A DNA stretch of 63,409 nucleotides, filler included, from Octopus bimaculoides (taxonomy: Eukaryota), in assembly GCF_001194135.2 (NCBI RefSeq). It is 6 parts of 5 records of this genome, joined end to end, with 100 filler letters (N's around TTAATTAATTAA, not from the genome) between each part and the next. Parts side by side here need not be neighbours in the genome. Positions count along the whole stretch, not along the records: positions 17,070 to 28,701 come from NC_068982.1; positions 28,802 to 45,215 come from NC_068982.1; 4 more parts are not named here. One strand, given 5' to 3'. Every line of letters begins with the position of its first letter. Positions within the stretch are counted from its first letter, which is position 1. Below are positions 26,266-38,755 of the stretch, piece after piece. A model generated the notes under the pieces. It made no database searches. It had not been told where the DNA came from and saw only the letters and a list, made by a program, of their open reading frames with translations. A program made the translations under genes and the position numbers.

Positions 26266-27660
26266 CGCTCCCGATCCTCTGACATTACACATTTGTTTAT
26301 CAACAATTGCTCCGCACATCCCTGGTCTCCCTTCTTCCCAGCTGCTTGTTCTGCCGTGATGATGTTATTGCTTTCAGAATGATCTCGGAGAAAGTGGCTT
26401 AAACAAACTGATTATATATTATACATTAAATTCTGGCATGGAATTGGCTGGTAGTTCTTTTGCCATGCGGGTCTCTGCCAGAGCCAACTTCTGGGATATG
26501 TTACTCTTACCATTGACAGCTTGAAACTACATGTTGATAAGATATGGTTGGGAGAAGGTTAGCTTTTTCTACTCATATCCAACAATCAAGGTTCTTCCAG
26601 ATGTTTTGCATCTTGAAGTTTCTGGACTACAGTCACAAGTGTTTCACCATCAATGCTGTATGTTTTGGGTGTAATGCAGGGGCTATAACTACTTCAAAGT
26701 CTTCCAGCCGCTGAGCATTTCGGTTACACTCCATCTCTTCGCTGCAGAGTCTATGTCTTCTCGTAAAGGAGCGTCTATTACAGATTCTCCTGTTCACTGT
26801 TACCTGATTCCATTTAATTCTTCTTTGTTTATTATTATTTTTTTTTTATCGTTTATTCTCTTCTCATGACGGAGTTTCTCCCTGATAGCTATTAACCCCT
26901 GCTTGAAGGTCATCAGCTTTGTAATTGAATGTTCTCTTTTTGCTGCCTCCAAAAATCACTTTTATCTACTTCTTCAGTTTTTCTTGGAAAGATGTATAGT
27001 GATTTGATTGTTTGCAACCAACAAGCCTCGTCACATGCCTGATGGTCATACGTAAATCAACTTTCTTTTACTCTTCAAAACCCATGATTGCTCCTACTTC
27101 GTTCTTTCGATTTCATTTAATTTTGAGTGTCGTTAACGAACAGCTTTACGGTTGTAGGCAGGGCATATAGACAGGGGTTAACCGGCCAGAATGAAGGTTC
27201 ATTACACGTTTTTAATAAAACATCTCCGAGATAAGTAACAACTTTTAATATCGTAGTTTGTCCTTTTGCTTATTTTTGTAGACTATTCTCTCTCTCTCTC
27301 CCGAGAAACACGTTGCATTTGTGCCTGCTATTTACCATAGTTGTAGTAGAAGTACAAAGGTCAGTTGCTTCACCCTTTAAAGCAGTTTGGCTGGCACGCA
27401 GTAAAACGTCAGTTGGAATGTTGTTAACTATGAGACCACGGGGTGTTCGCACATCGTCCATGTTTTCGTTCATACTGTTTAGCAGAATTTTAAAACCAGA
27501 AATTTAAAAAAAATAAAGTTACAGTCACTAACTTTCTTGTGTTCCACAAATCTTGTCTGCGTAATTGTTTCGCAGTTAGAGGATTTCGTTCTGGATGCAG
27601 ATCATCCCAGTATTCATCGTTTATTCGATAGATATTCACCCATATCAAATACGCAACTTG
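26265..27660 (-). mobile_element. RLE-type LINE family B, 5' part (N-terminal domain to start of RT), decayed
   Basis: 26265-26500 is homologous to 35500-35750 (NNIITAEQAAGKKGDQGCAEQLLINK). 27535-27640 reads YWDDLHPERNPLTAKQLRRQ, resembling the N-terminal motif of such elements. Confidence 0.75.
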
Positions 27661-28701
27661 TTGCTTCGAATGTGTTTGTGTATGTATGCATATATAAATA
27701 TATATATATATATANNNNNNNNNNNNNNNNNNNNNNNNNNNNNNNNNNNNNNNNNNNNNNNNNNNNNNNNNNNNNNNNNNNNNNNNNNNNNNNNNNNNNN
27801 NNNNNNNNNNNNNNNNNNNNNNNNNNNNNNNNNNNNNNNNNNNNNNNNNNNNNNNNNNNNNNNNNNNNNNNNNNNNNNNNNNNNNNNNNNNNNNNNNNNN
27901 NNNNNNNNNNNNNNNNNNNNNNNNNNNNNNNNNNNNNNNNNNNNNNNNNNNNNNNNNNNNNNNNNNNNNNNNNNNNNNNNNNNNNNNNNNNNNNNNNNNN
28001 NNNNNNNNNNNNNNNNNNNNNNNNNNNNNNNNNNNNNNNNNNNNNNNNNNNNNNNNNNNNNNNNNNNNNNNNNNNNNNNNNNNNNNNNNNNNNNNNNNNN
28101 NNNNNNNNNNNNNNNNNNNNNNNNNNNNNNNNNNNNNNNNNNNNNNNNNNNNNNNNNNNNNNNNNNNNNNNNNNNNNNNNNNNNCACGCTTAGACGGACT
28201 AAATAAGTCAAAAACTACCCAAAAAATACCAAACAATAAGCACATATTTACCGAAAGCGAGGGAATGCAATTTTCAAAGTTAACCACCTAAAAACATTTA
28301 ACTTAACGGAAAACCACTGGTTTCATAATTAATACAGCAAAAACTATGTAGTAAGCTGCATCTTTTATTCATCAGTGCACGTATGGTCAAGACACATAAA
28401 GAATAAACAAAAATCAACATACCCTGATGTACCCAACACAGCACGATGACTTCTGTTCATCCCTATATATCCGTGAAAGAGGCGGGATTTTTCAAATTGC
28501 ATCTCGGTAACACGTGCTTTTACAGAATAATATTCAGCACTGAATATATTCTAATTATTTATAATATAATATAAGATAAAATTTTTATAAGACTTTATCA
28601 AGTAGTCAGCGTGAAAAAACCCATAATGAAAAAAAAAACATCGTTTTTTCCGTAAATATATATAATTTATATAAGGGCATTACTATATAATAATGCCTCA
28701 C

Positions 28702-28801
28702 NNNNNNNNNNNNNNNNNNNNNNNNNNNNNNNNNNNNNNNNNNNNTTAATTAATTAANNNNNNNNNNNNNNNNNNNNNNNNNNNNNNNNNNNNNNNNNNN
28801 N
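28702..28801. other. Artificial spacer N44-TTAATTAATTAA-N44
   Basis: Same as 16970-17069. Confidence 0.95.
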
Positions 28802-28829
28802 TATATATGTATGTATGTATATATTTATA

Positions 28830-29045
28830 TGCTTGCGTGTCGGAGTTTGTCCTCCCACCGTCGCTTGACAACCGATGTTGGTGTGTTTACGTTCCCGCAA
28901 CCTAGTGGTTCGGCAAAAAAGAACGATACATTAATTACTAGGCTTACAAAGAATAAGTTCTGGGGTCGATTTGCTCGACTAAAAGGTGGTGCTTCAGCAT
29001 GGCCGCAGTCAAATCACTGAAACAAGTGAAAGAATAAAAGAATAA
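28830..29045 (+). mobile_element. SINE family 1, 3' half
   Basis: ccaccgtcgcttgacaaccgatgttggtgtgtttacg...ggggtcgatttgctcgact...gcatggccgcagtcaaat..ctgaaacaagt, then an (AAAAGAAT) tail. Confidence 0.85.
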
Positions 29046-29047
29046 AC

Positions 29048-29204
29048 AAGAATATTGAGAGAGCACAAACCTCCGTCAAGGCAACATTAAAGTTCTCTCA
29101 ACGATTAGCATGAGGGGATGTTTAAAATGTGAATATCTGAAATAAACTCGACCACTCTCACAAATGAGAATACTAAAAAATGAACCCAACCGCTCTCAAA
29201 AGTT

Positions 29205-29249
<45 letters not shown>

Positions 29250-29442
29250 AGAAAAAAATTCAAGGTCCTTGTCTGGTACCGGATCGATCCCAAAATCTAA
29301 TCTGTTCGTGTCAGTTACGAGGCCAAACATCCCTAAAAGTTTCATCAGAATCTGTCCAGCGGTTCTTGAGATATCTTGTGCACGGACAAATAAACAATTA
29401 CGTCTGAAAACAATGCCTCCGCCTTTGCTAAGACGGAGGTAG
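29048..29442 (+). mobile_element. Helentron/DINE-like non-autonomous element
   Basis: Subterminal motif cctccgtcaagg (29070-29081) matches the arms of the 3' hairpin cctccgcctt-tgct-aagacggagg (29416-29439); internal poly-A tract. Confidence 0.55.
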
Positions 29443-29479
29443 TAATAATAATACGCACACATGTATCATCAATGCAGTC

Positions 29480-30170
29480 TATCATGGACCAACAACTGGA
29501 TTACTACCTCCCACTTTGAAGGATATGTGTTTGCAATCCAGGAACAAGAAATATCAATACCTGATGCACAAAAGGGACAGAGATGCAGGAGAAGCAGTAA
29601 AATGTGACAACTGAGGCAGATTTTGTGGAGTTAAACCCGAAGATATCACCCACATCTTATACAGTTATCCGAAAATGTCATCATGGTATTATCTGTCTAT
29701 GTGATATGGTGTTGTAGTTAGGACACTATAACGAGATCAGTCGGAACGATAATCCCGAGGACAAAGAAATAAGAACCAGTTGTGGAAATCAACTGTCTAG
29801 CGGATGTTGACATAAAGCTGAAGATTAGTGAGACTGCAGTTACTCTATCCAGATTACAAGTTCAGGTTTATACCTGAAATTATTGGGGCTCTGGAAAATG
29901 TAACACCCTGTCTAAATACCATTCTTGAGAATTAGGCTTCTCTATATCAGAAAGAAGATTCGAAGACTACCGATCCAATCCATCACTGCAACTGTAAAAA
30001 TCTGTAAACCTTTTCAGAAGTTTATCATTTAAGTATGTATGAGTATGTCTAGATACGCAAGTATATGCATGAGAAGACATGCATAAAACAAAACATAACG
30101 TTGCACGTATACATACATACATACATACATACATACATACATACATACATACATACATACATACATACAT
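29480..30170 (+). mobile_element. RLE-type LINE family B, 3' end with (TACA)n tail
   Basis: Homologous to 33770-34320 (ITTSHFEGY.FAIQEQEIS...); continues through PDYKFRFIPEIIGALENV and the 3' UTR into (TACA)n. Confidence 0.85.
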
Positions 30171-30525
30171 GCACAGATACCCTGTTGTTGCTGTTGAAAT
30201 TCCAATGTAGGTGCTTTGGATCTAGGTTAGAGACCGGCTATTTCTCTATTGGCAAGAACTCTTGAAATAAAATTGAATAATGGCATACAAAGTAGAAACT
30301 GACTTTTATTCTGTGACGCGGCTTCTTCAGCACACTCCACTTTCACAAATTCCATTTTCTAATATCCGAGCCTCTAATCACCCTTATTTTCCTCGAGTAT
30401 CAGCTCTTATTCTTTAAATGTAATATTAAACCTACATGAGCTTTTAGTCAGGAGTTTCCCAGCCTGGCACTTCAATGAGCTCCCGATCGCAATGCTTCAC
30501 TCGTCTCTTCATCTCCAATATGTAT

Positions 30526-31170
30526 TACGAGGATGGGCTGAAAGATTCATCGGCTGACTGCGAAGGAGTGATGCTCGAACTGTGAAATCTTGGATGCGTT
30601 AATTTCAACACTTCTTATTAATAACTGTATTGTTTCTTTCCAGGTAAACTGACATATGACTGTTCAAAGAAGACTTCAAATATAACTAGTAGCAACATCA
30701 AATAAACAGTCATTATCTCTGCGATACTGGTTCCCAGCCAAGTGTTTTTTCATATTGGGGAAGATATGATAGTCAGATGGGGTCAAATCAGAAGAATAGG
30801 GAGAGCGATCAACCAATTAAAAATCAGAGTCGCTCACAACAGCCATTGAAACCAAGCACTTGTGTGCTGGAGCATCGTTCTGATGAAAAAGACCCCTTTC
30901 ATCAGTTTTGTTGGGCGTTTGATCCTGATAACCTTTCGTAACTGCCTTATCAAGTTGGCATAGTACTATCTATTGATGCTGTAGCCCTTTTTAAGATAGT
31001 CAATAAGCACAATACATTTTACGCCCTAAAAGACTGAGGCCATCACCTTCCCTACAGATGAAACTACCTCAGTCTTCTTTGGAGCAGATGAGGATGGGTG
31101 TTTGCATTGCATAGGTTATCTCTTTGTCTCTGGCTCAAAATGATGAATCTAACACTCATCTTGGGTTAGG
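30526..31170 (-). mobile_element. Mariner element 3' half (catalytic domain pseudogene plus TIR)
   Basis: TQDE..HHFEPETKR...GKVMASVF...IDYLKKG...FHQNDAPAHK...SPYSSDLTPSDYHIFPNMKKHLAG; TIR TACGAGGATGGGCTGAAAGATTCATCGGCT at 30526. Confidence 0.9.
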
Positions 31171-31189
31171 AAACATTCAAGGAAATCAG

Positions 31190-31420
31190 CCCGCCTTCGT
31201 AGATCTCCACCTGATCAAACACCTTGTCTGCACTTCTTCCAGTCCAAGATTCTGCATAGTGTAGAATCTTATTCCATGCAATATACGTAAGTCAAATGAG
31301 TTGCCATTTGGAACATAAGATCTGTGAACATATTTGCTGAACCTCAGTAGCAATGCACGAGCAGTCTTCAAACCTGTAGCCCAACACCTTATTTCAATCG
31401 GTCACTATTCTGACTCCGAC
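31190..31420 (-). mobile_element. Possible decayed RTE-like RT C-terminal fragment
   Basis: Weak motifs EIR...ARALLLRFSKYV and ILHYAESWT. Confidence 0.3.
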
Positions 31421-33314
31421 ACACTATTGTTTCTAACTGTTGCATTTTACTTTGTTGCAGCAAGGAGACCTAGGACAGAGGCACATATTTCCATGTCTAT
31501 GAGTATTTTACAAGATCAAACTGAAAAGTATCAGCTTGCAATATTAAATAGTATTTATATTGACTTTACTGTTGCATCGCAACAACAGAATTGGTTACAT
31601 ACCGACACCATATTAGGGCCCCTTTAATTGTCCAGGTTCAGCTGTGATTTTGAACTCGGCACTAAAGTATACCAAAATACTCGTTAATTGTATAGTTACC
31701 TCTGTTGCTACAACAATAAGCTGCAGATGCGTGTTGTCTATTTTAGTTAGGTGAACTGGATCAACCATAATTAAGAACCTTACAAAATCAGTTTCTCAAC
31801 GATAACTGTTAACTATTGAATGTGTAGCCTGGCATCCTTCTTTCACAGCAAATGGTCAACCTATTGCTTACTATCAAAAGTACTTTAAAAACTGTTTGCT
31901 TATTATTGCTTCGTGATTAAATTGTAGAAAACGCAAAGAGGTATTTAGCAATGTTATCATTCGTGTTTCAAAGAATTAATCGATCTTGGAATCAAAAGTA
32001 TTAAACTATTTTGGTCTGTCCCTAAAATTCAAAATTATACATTAACAGTTTGACTTTGGGGCATTGGATATAAAGAGGAAACAATACCAATAATGTAATT
32101 TTAAAGAATTGAAATTAACCTAAAATAACGATTTCTTACATTGGAGCAAATCCACAAATCAATAGGGCAAGAGAATAGAAGACTGAATCGATCGTTGTAT
32201 ATTTAACTTGTATTTAGTTTATCGATCTCGGAAAAAAATGAATGATAAAGTCAACATTGACAAAAACTTGAATTCAGAATCTCGAAGGGTGTAAATAAAT
32301 ATTATCAATCATCAAGTTGAATGTTTAATCGTTTCGTCCGTTACAAGCCACTAAATTAATTTACATTAATGATATATGTATGTATTGATTCCGACGAACG
32401 TTGTTATAGGTAAGGCCTAAGGGGAAACTCGTTTGAGCAAATTATTTTTTAAAGATGGAATTTGTATATCACTACAAAAGAAAAAGGACTATATACCACT
32501 AACTTTTGTTTTTTCTTCTTTCGTCTACGAATCATTTCTTAAGTATATCTAGCAACAATATCGGATTCTGTTAAGAGATATTAATAGGAGGGAGATGAAA
32601 AATTGAGTGTACGTTAAAAAGTACAATATCCAAACTAAATCAATGTCATAAACATGTCATTTCTAAAAAGAATTTTAATGAAATTAATTTAAGATTTAAC
32701 TTTAAATAAAAAAAACCGTATCTTTTTTCTGTTTATTGAGAGTCGGTTACTCTTATCTGTTATAAACAATAAATTTTCTAAAAAATTTATTGCATTTTTT
32801 ATATTTTTGATTGTGTTGGAATTTAAATCAAACATCAGCGCTGAAACATTATTCAAATATTTAAAGAGTTGAAATATGAATCTAAAACAATGAAACAAAA
32901 ACTAAAACGTCAAATTCTTGATCTACTTTTTTATTGGTAAGCAGCCAGATTGTCTGAGAACCTAATCAATCTTTTACGTTTTTACCTTACTTCTAATCTG
33001 ATGTATCATAATTAAAAATCCAATAACAGCTGACTCTTGCAAATTATCTACGGATAATTAACATATCGATATTTGAATAGTTGAAGACGAAAGAGAAGTG
33101 TGTAAATCTCTTGCAAATATGTACTGAGTAACAACTACAACAATAATTACATCGTTTGACAGCAACGAAAAAAAGAGGAAAAAAAAACAAGAGAAAAGGA
33201 AAAAAAATCTGCCACGTATTTGAATGTTGTACAAACGAAACTTCATTTGATGAGTAGAATATTAAAAAAATAGAACCCAAAAAACAAAAGACATTTTGTA
33301 AAGCTGAACAAAAT

Positions 33315-33515
33315 ATTGGTTTAAAATTTCGACACGGGGCCAGCAATTTCTGGGCAGGGTAACTCGAATAAATCGACCCCAGTACGCAGCTGATATTTAT
33401 TTTATCGATTCTGAAAGGTAAAGTTGATTTTGGCAAAATTTGAACTCAGAACGTATAGACGGACTAAATGTTGCTAAGCATTTTGACCGGCGCACTAATG
33501 TTCTACCAGTTCGTT
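33315..33515 (-). mobile_element. SINE family 3
   Basis: Family-3 body and head motifs. Confidence 0.8.
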
Positions 33516-33575
33516 GCATTTCTAAAATGAACAAAATATTAGAGGACTAATATTATACTTTTTTTTAATATAATA

Positions 33576-33767
33576 GTAGTGGCTGTGTGGTAAGTAGCTT
33601 GCTTAGCAGCCACATTGTTCCCAGTTCAGTCCCATTGCGTGGCACCTTGGACAAGTGTCTTCTACTATAGCCTCGGACCGACCAAATCCTTGTGAGTGGA
33701 TTTGGTAGACGGAAACTGAAAGAAGCCCGTGGTAAGAAGCTTGCTTCTCAGTCACATGGTTCCGGGT
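33576..33767 (+). mobile_element. SINE family 1 head followed by a second truncated head
   Basis: Head at 33576-33730, then gtggtaagaagcttgcttctcagtcacatggttccgggttc, cut by the LINE. Confidence 0.85.
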
Positions 33768-35760
33768 TCTGGATAGAATAACTACAGATTTCTCAATAGT
33801 TCAGCGTAGGTATTCTCTTTTTACTGACCTTCAGCTTTATGTTAACATCCGATGAGCAGTTAATTTCCACAATTGTGCACAGTTTCTCTTCTCTGTCCCA
33901 AATCATCATATTAGGTCTGTTGTGCTTACATTTTGTTGAGGCTTTCACTGGGACATTCCAACAGTATTCCTTTTTATTATGAGTAGCTATGGCCTCTGCT
34001 ATATTGTGGGTTCTTATTTCTTTGTCCTAGGGCTTATCCTTCCGACGTATTTCATTATACAGTGTCCTTGCTACAACGTCATGTGTCATCAGTAGATAAT
34101 ACCATGATGACAATTTTGGACAACTGCTTGATATGTGGGTGATACCTTCAATGTGAACTCCACAAAGTCTGCATCGGTTGTCACACTTTACGGCTTTACC
34201 TGCATCTCTATCCCTTTTGTGCATCAGGTACTTGGATGATATTTCCTGTTCCCGGATTGCAAACGCATACTCTTCAAAGTGGGAGGTAGTAATCCGGCTA
34301 TTGGTCCATGATAAACTGCTTTGACGATCGATGTCACCATCATCATGGACCTTTCTAGTAACATATCCATGCATAGTCTTCTGCTCATATAGGCTCATCC
34401 TTTCATCTGATGATATGTTGCGGTAGGGTCGTGCGACTTCTTTGGGTATGTATTCTAGGTTATCAGACAGTGAATGTTGTTCAAAGAGCTGCCTTCCAAG
34501 TCTTATGATGTTACCAGCCTCACGTATGCAAACACTGTCAAGGTATGCACTTCGACACTTGGTGGTTAAAAGATGTTACTGAAGGGATATGATGCGACAT
34601 TCAAAGGCATTTTGGATCGATGTTAAGCCTCTTCCGCCTTGTTTCCGTTTTAGGTCGCAGCGATCTACGTCACTGTTTATGTGGAAATTATGTGTGCTTA
34701 TTAGTATTTTTCGGGTTTTCACATCAATGGTTCGGGTCTTATCTAGCGTTCAATCAAGCAGCCCAAATGTTGATATGAGTACTGGCACTGCAAACACATT
34801 GTGGGCCACTGTTTTATTGAATGCAGAGAGTTCTGAGGTCCAATTTTTTTTATTCGGCTGTAATATTCTTTAGTGACACGTGTTTTGTTACAGGTGCTAC
34901 TGTAAGATATATTTTCATCCACCCCTAGATACCTGTAACATTCCTCGTCAGATACAGGGGAAACAGTTAAATCATTGATGGTGATGTAACTAGTCTGGTT
35001 TATAGTTTTCCCCTTTTCCACAACCATATAACAACATTTAAATTGATCAAACTCCAATCCTACATCCTTTGAGAATGTTGTAACTAGATCAAGGCTCTTT
35101 TTCATTTCCTGCATATTCTTTGCATAAAGTTTTAAGTCATCCACAAAGAAGCAGTGTCTAATTTCGGTATTTCTGTTTCCTTGTGAACCAGTTAGATATC
35201 CTTCAGACTTCCTTAACATGAATGATCAGGGGTTTACAGAAAGTATAAACAACATCACAGAGAGGCTTTCTCCTTGGAATATGCCTTTGCGATATTGTAT
35301 TCTATCGGTGATAATACATTCACTCTTCGTGTTTAATTTCAAGATGGTGGCTCACAATGAAGTCAGGTCAGCTATGGCTTTGACTATTCTCACTGGAACT
35401 TTAGCAAGTTGAAGGGTTTCTAGCATCCATGAGTGGGGAACTGAGTCAAAGGCTTTCCTGTAGTCAAGCCACATTGAAACTAGGTTCCTCCTATGCTCTC
35501 GTACCTCTGACATCACAGTTCTGTTGATTAACAATTGCTCGGCACATCCCCAGACTTCCTTCTTTCCAGCTACTTGTTCTGCTGTGATAATGTTATTGGT
35601 TTCACAATGGTCCTGGAGGAAGAGGTTTAAACGCGTTGTATATATCTTATACAGTAAGTTCTGGCATGCAATTGGCCGGTAGTTTTTTGCCATGTGGGTG
35701 ATTCTGCATTTGGAGAACAATTTTGTCTCTGCCAGAGCTAACCAGTGTGGTATGCTACTG
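33768..35760 (-). mobile_element. RLE-type (R4/NeSL-like) LINE family B: RT, CCHC and RLE, truncated
   Basis: NYRPIACQNLLYKIYT...WLDYRKAFDSVPHSW...YRKGIFQGESLSV...HCFFVDDLKLY...YRYLGV...CRLCGVHIEGITHISSSCPKL...HD...KHNRPNMMIWDREEKLCTIVEINC. Confidence 0.92.
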
Positions 35761-36524
35761 TTCCCAATAAAAGCTTGCTGGTACGGAGAAGATATGGTCG
35801 GTAGAACGTTGTATGTGTGAATGTGTGAATGTATGTAAGTATTTGTATGTAAGTGAATGTAAGTGTTTCTGTGCGTCTTTGCCCTTGTGTTTATCCTCCA
35901 CCGCTTTACAACCGGTATTGGGGTGTTTACATCCCCCCATAACTTAGGGGGTGAATCGAACTAGTGTCTCTATATAAAAATAAACCATTTGATAAATATT
36001 CCAGCAAACGTGAATAGAAACATTAAGAACAGAGCCTCATGGACATTTCAAAAATTGAATTGAATTGGCATTTTTTATTTATTTATTCTTTTTTGTTCTT
36101 TCCTTCACGTCAAGCAAATCAATTTTTCATGCTTGCTTGTATAAAAAAAAAATTCTCGAAATAGATTCTGTAATTTCTAAAGACAAGGCCATAATTTTGT
36201 CGAAGAGTATTGTTGACTAAATTAGAGCAAGTTTCTGACTACTACTTAGTTCTTGAAGAATGAAATGTAAAACCGGCCTCTTTGGGATTTGCTAGCAGTA
36301 TATAAAGGGATGGGGCCTAATTCTGAGCAGCAGTTTTATCTAGTTCTGTCGAAACATTATTGTCACATGGTAAGAAACTTAGAAACTTATACACAGGAGC
36401 TTTCCTCCTGGCCCAGATAGCCCTGTAAATATCCATGGAATACAGTGTGATAAAATGAGCGATGAATTTAATCTAATAATGGGAAAATAGAACGAAAATA
36501 TGTAGCTCTTCTGTTAATGGTTAT

Positions 36525-36709
36525 TTATTTCTTTATTGCCCACGTGGGGCTAAACATAGAGGGCACAAACAAGGACTTACAAAGGGATTAAGTTGATTAC
36601 ATCGACCTCTGTCCATCGGCGGAATTTGAACTCAGAACGTAACGGCGGACGAGATACCGCTAAGCATTTGGCCCGGCGTGCTAACGATTCAACCAGCTCG
36701 CCGCCTTAA
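36525..36709 (-). mobile_element. SINE family 3 variant
   Basis: Intact head ggcggcgagctggttgaatcgttagcacgccgggcc...gagttcaaattccgccg with a shortened body. Confidence 0.8.
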
Positions 36710-36796
36710 ATTGAATACTTATTTCAAGTAAAAAGTACTTTTTATAGACTTATGTAATATATTTATACAGATCTATTTCTTATGCGTGTGGCATTA

Positions 36797-37662
36797 CAGT
36801 CTATGAATTCTTATCTCACCCCATTAAAAAAATTGGGTCATCTCCACTAACTAAAGTAATTGTTGAACCTTCAATAAAACAAAGAAATGAAAAAATTAAT
36901 AAAAGTGAAAAGATTAAACATCTTATTGAATCTGATAATATTTTTATAACCAATCGTACAAAACTGGGTACTTTTTGATTATCTCACCCCCATTAAAAAA
37001 TTGCCATTAAAAATTGGGTTATCTCCCAACTAAAAAAACTGAGTTTATGTGGCAACAAGAGATTGGATTCAAAGAGTTAGATCCTTTTCATTCAATACTT
37101 CAACACATTATTGACTTTTGGCCTCCTCAATAGGAATGGTACGATTTGTTATAAGAATGTTATTAGATTCAGTAAGCTGTTTAATTTTTTCAGTTTTGTA
37201 TGATTTCTTATAAAAATATTATCAGATTCAATACAATGTTTCATTTTTTCACTTTTTACGTTTATTAATTTTTTTCATATTCTTTTCTTTTATTTTATTG
37301 AGTGTTAAACATTTTTTTTAGTTGAAGGAGATAACCAAAAGTACCGATATTTCTCGTAAAACGCTGGGGAGATAACCCAATTTTTAACGGGGGTGAGATA
37401 CCCAAAAATTACCCAAAACTGAAAAAATTTAACAAACATGAAAACTGAAAAAATTAAGCGTCTTACTGAATCTAATAAGATTTTTATAACAAATCATAGC
37501 ATGTCTATTGAGGATGCCAAACGTCAACAATGTGTTGAAGTACTGAATCAAAAGGATTTAAGTCTTTTAATTCAATCCCTTGTCACATAACCCAGTTTTT
37601 TTTAATGGGGGTGAGATAACCAAAAAGTAACCAAAAGTTGATCATCAGTCTATGAATTCTTA
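36797..37662. mobile_element. Foldback-like insertion of permuted inverted modules flanked by 17-bp direct repeats
   Basis: cagtctatgaattctta at 36797-36813 and 37646-37662; internal module ttatctcacccc(c)attaaaaaa occurs twice on each strand. Confidence 0.75.
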
Positions 37663-37934
37663 GCCTTAAAAAAAATTAACTTTTTACTTGGTAGAAGCTG
37701 CGTTGAACAATATTGCAGCTTGTTACGTTGTTTAGTCAGGGGAGAAACAGACGGGTCCTGATCATTTGCAGAACCACTTAAATTGGTGGATGAAAGTTAT
37801 CCTTAGCTAGAGACCTTGGTTGAATTCTGGCAATAGAGCGGACTCTGCTGAAGACACTCAAAACACTTAGTGCAGGTTCTAAACAAATCAACTAATTAAG
37901 TCTATCACCCAAGAACACCAGATTGTTGGTACTG

Positions 37935-38150
37935 CTGTTGTTGTTCAGCCCTAGGCCAACGCTGTTCGAACAGACCTATGATCAAAGAAATTCCAGCTTT
38001 GGTGGCCATTCCGTCTTTTTCTTATGTGTAAGGATTCCACTTCCACATTACCGAACGTGTCTGTTTTTTTTTTGAGACTGTAGGTTGTAGTTTGAGAGAG
38101 AGAGTTGGCTGCTATTTCTACAGGTCGAACAGCCACGTACAAGCCTACCG
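37935..38150 (+). repeat. Dispersed repeat (family 5, unclassified)
   Basis: Motif ttggctgctatttcta.caggtcga recurs at about 49600, about 50370 (minus) and about 51520 (minus). Confidence 0.55.
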
Positions 38151-38719
38151 TTTACCGACTGCTTCAGTAATCGTAGTTACAATTGAGGTTGTGATAGTGT
38201 TGTCTGTTGTAGGAAGGAAACGGTCGTTCTTTTTCACCACTGAAGTTCATCTAATTTCTCAATATTAATGAAATATATTCAAAAAATCCCCGATGCGTTT
38301 GGTATCAAAGGACTGCTACAGCTTCACAAACGTTTTAGACAAATGGTCACAGCGAAGAATATATTGAGCCCCACCCCCTTTTTTTTTTATATATAGAGTC
38401 TTTATATAAGAAATAAGGGAATATCTAACTTCATCCCTGTTACCGCTGTAAAAGAGCTCCGCTTAAATTCTTTTCAGTTTGAACGTACATATCGTAGCAT
38501 CTCAGTTGGACATTGCAGGCAGGGTTGTATCGCCTTGTGCTTGGACGACGACCGACTTAAAGGTTGAATAGATTCTGTTAAAGCAAAAGTATAACAGAAT
38601 GTTTCAACTGGAGTATCGTTCGTTGTTTTTTCTTCAATTTCTTAATTTTTGTGCATTTCCTTTGAGAGCAATCTTTAAGGAAATAATACGAGTGGAGAAT
38701 AATAAAGGAAAGAATAAGA

Positions 38720-38720
38720 G

Positions 38721-38755
<35 letters not shown>

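Noticed and set aside
27336-27640. Phase-compatible exon pair on the minus strand (donor 27532, acceptor 27475, donor 27335) giving ...YWDDLHPERNPLTAKQLRRQDLWNTRNMNENMDD...
   Set aside because: The upstream peptide resembles the N-terminal motif of RLE-type LINEs and is collinear with the LINE RT fragment at 26265-27060, so decayed LINE is more parsimonious. There is no acceptor for the first exon. RNA-seq could overturn this.
30305-30335. CTGAAGAAGCC-GCGTC-ACAG-AATAAAA on the minus strand, resembling a deleted pLTR hammerhead
   Set aside because: GAAA and half of stem II are missing; too short to support.
32689-32898. 69-aa AT-rich ORF with an upstream pyrimidine tract
   Set aside because: Composition explains the open frame; no motif recognised.
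38478-38562. 85-bp candidate exon after ttcttttcag
   Set aside because: Weak donor, no recognisable peptide, no partner exons.
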